A stretch of DNA of 64,000 nucleotides from Phoronis australis (taxonomy: Eukaryota > Animalia > Phoronida), in contig NMRA01000347.1 of the NCBI GenBank assembly GCA_002633005.1, positions 124,001-188,000 on the forward strand, given 5' to 3'. Below the pieces are notes generated by a model, which saw nothing but the letters and a program-made list of their open reading frames with translations, ran no database searches and was not told where the DNA came from. Shown here in pieces: positions 62,701-64,000 of the stretch. How positions within the stretch are numbered: position 1 is the stretch's first letter; each line of letters begins with the position of its first letter. The translations under genes and the position numbers were made by a program.

Positions 62701-63820
62701 AATGTAATGATTAACTAGTCAGAGAAGACGTGCTAGCACGTGACAGTCAAGTACTATGACGTCATAGGCTTCAGAGACTAACGTTCTTCCTTGAAGTTTT
62801 AACATGTAGTGATTTGAAAAAATGTTGCGTGTCTGTACATGCGTTGCATTTTGTTTCATTGATTAAAGCTATATGCATCACCATCTTTCTTTTGGTCAAT
62901 GTTTTGGATGAAACCATTCGTTTTTTGTTTCTTTTTACTACGACCTGTTGGCGTTGCTAATTACAGATAAGTCCATGAACAGAATGGAGTTCACACATTG
63001 CTTGAACTTGAATATTCCCCGGCGTGAACTAGAGTCATTCTAGTTTGAAGTTAACGATTTTGACTTTACCCGGCCTAGACTACTTGACACCGCATGGAGC
63101 TTTAAAGGACAAAGTCGAGATTGTTCCCAAATTGTTTGTTCATGTACCAGACTCTTCTGATGTCTTATCCCGCCGCCACTCAGTACTAATAGGCAGTACC
63201 TGCATTTTCGCCACTTCTCTGTGTGGTCTTCTGGACGCAGTCCTGAGTCTAAGATTACAACATGAAAAGGTAGACGAAGAGTTAACGCAGCAAACTATGT
63301 GCATGCTGTACACATCACTGTGCTTAATAATCCGAGGTTTTAATTTTTACTTCAACAAGATGTGAGCTTGAGACGTAAAGATTTACTGTTGTAATTAGAT
63401 TAATGCATAATCAAATATCTTCAACTGTAACACGTGGTTTAATTGTATATCTGTTGGAAGTGAACTGACGAACGAGATCACCAAGCTGAGCTTTTGTAGC
63501 ATGACCTTTGACATTTCTTGTTTCGTCTTGTAGGTGCTTGAAAATTGGAATTCAAAATCAACACTGTTCCTTAAAGTGTACACAACATGACTCTAGTACC
63601 TCAAAATAAATTTTATTATTATATCTTACTTGATTTCAGTGCCTTTAGTGCACAGCTCATAAAGAAACACGCAAAAATTGAAAAAATAATAATTACATGT
63701 ATGTACAACGTCATGGGTTGAACCCAAGTCGTTCGCCATACTGTTCGGATCAGAGACAAAGTGTATAGAGTGAAGAGAAAGCAAAGTACATTTAGCGTCG
63801 AGAAGGTTCGTAGAGGGATC

Positions 63821-64000
63821 AAAAGATGTGTTTCAGGAGGCTGCAGCAACAGCAGCCAGGCGGAGAACGTCTCGGTGTTCAGAAGGACACCAAAGTTGCG
63901 CAGAAGTGGCATCGCTTCGTGCGTCGAACGAGAGTGTGGGACGTCATCGTGGACCAAGCGATTCGGTCCGGGGCCTCTCTGTGTTCTGCCCACTTTGAGG
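63821..64000 (+). mobile_element. Frameshifted THAP zinc-finger domain, probably the N-terminus of a decayed DNA-transposon protein (runs off the window)
   Basis: KRCVSGGCSN...VSVF in one frame, then KDTKVAQKWHRFVRRTR...LCSAHFE in another: C2CH THAP signature with the FP segment deleted. Confidence 0.7.

Overview
Invertebrate animal (intron-rich, AT-rich, probably lophotrochozoan) draft-assembly window, with a 610-N gap and one likely haplotype-overlap artefact. Genes in order: an intronless two-RRM ELAV/Sxl-like gene (+); two frameshifted copies of an acidic orphan ORF (+); a single-exon TTLL15-like ATP-grasp ligase with an N-terminal membrane anchor (+); a LAP1/LULL1 (TOR1AIP) torsin cofactor gene (-); and a ~31-kb QSOX sulfhydryl oxidase gene (+) with a coiled-coil C-type lectin gene nested antisense in one intron. 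The main finding is the QSOX structure. Six shared 5' exons (signal peptide, Trx1 WCGHC, Trx2) are followed by TWO intact, diverged copies of the 4-exon helix-rich + ERV/ALR catalytic cassette, with matching exon lengths (136/114/139 nt) and phases. Cassette B ends in a transmembrane anchor; cassette A probably ends in a short hydrophobic, possibly GPI-type tail. Splice phases allow either mutually exclusive catalytic halves or a tandem double-ERV enzyme. The rest is MITEs, SINE heads, minisatellites and transposon fossils. All exon models were made by eye from GT-AG sites and reading frame; no searches were run.
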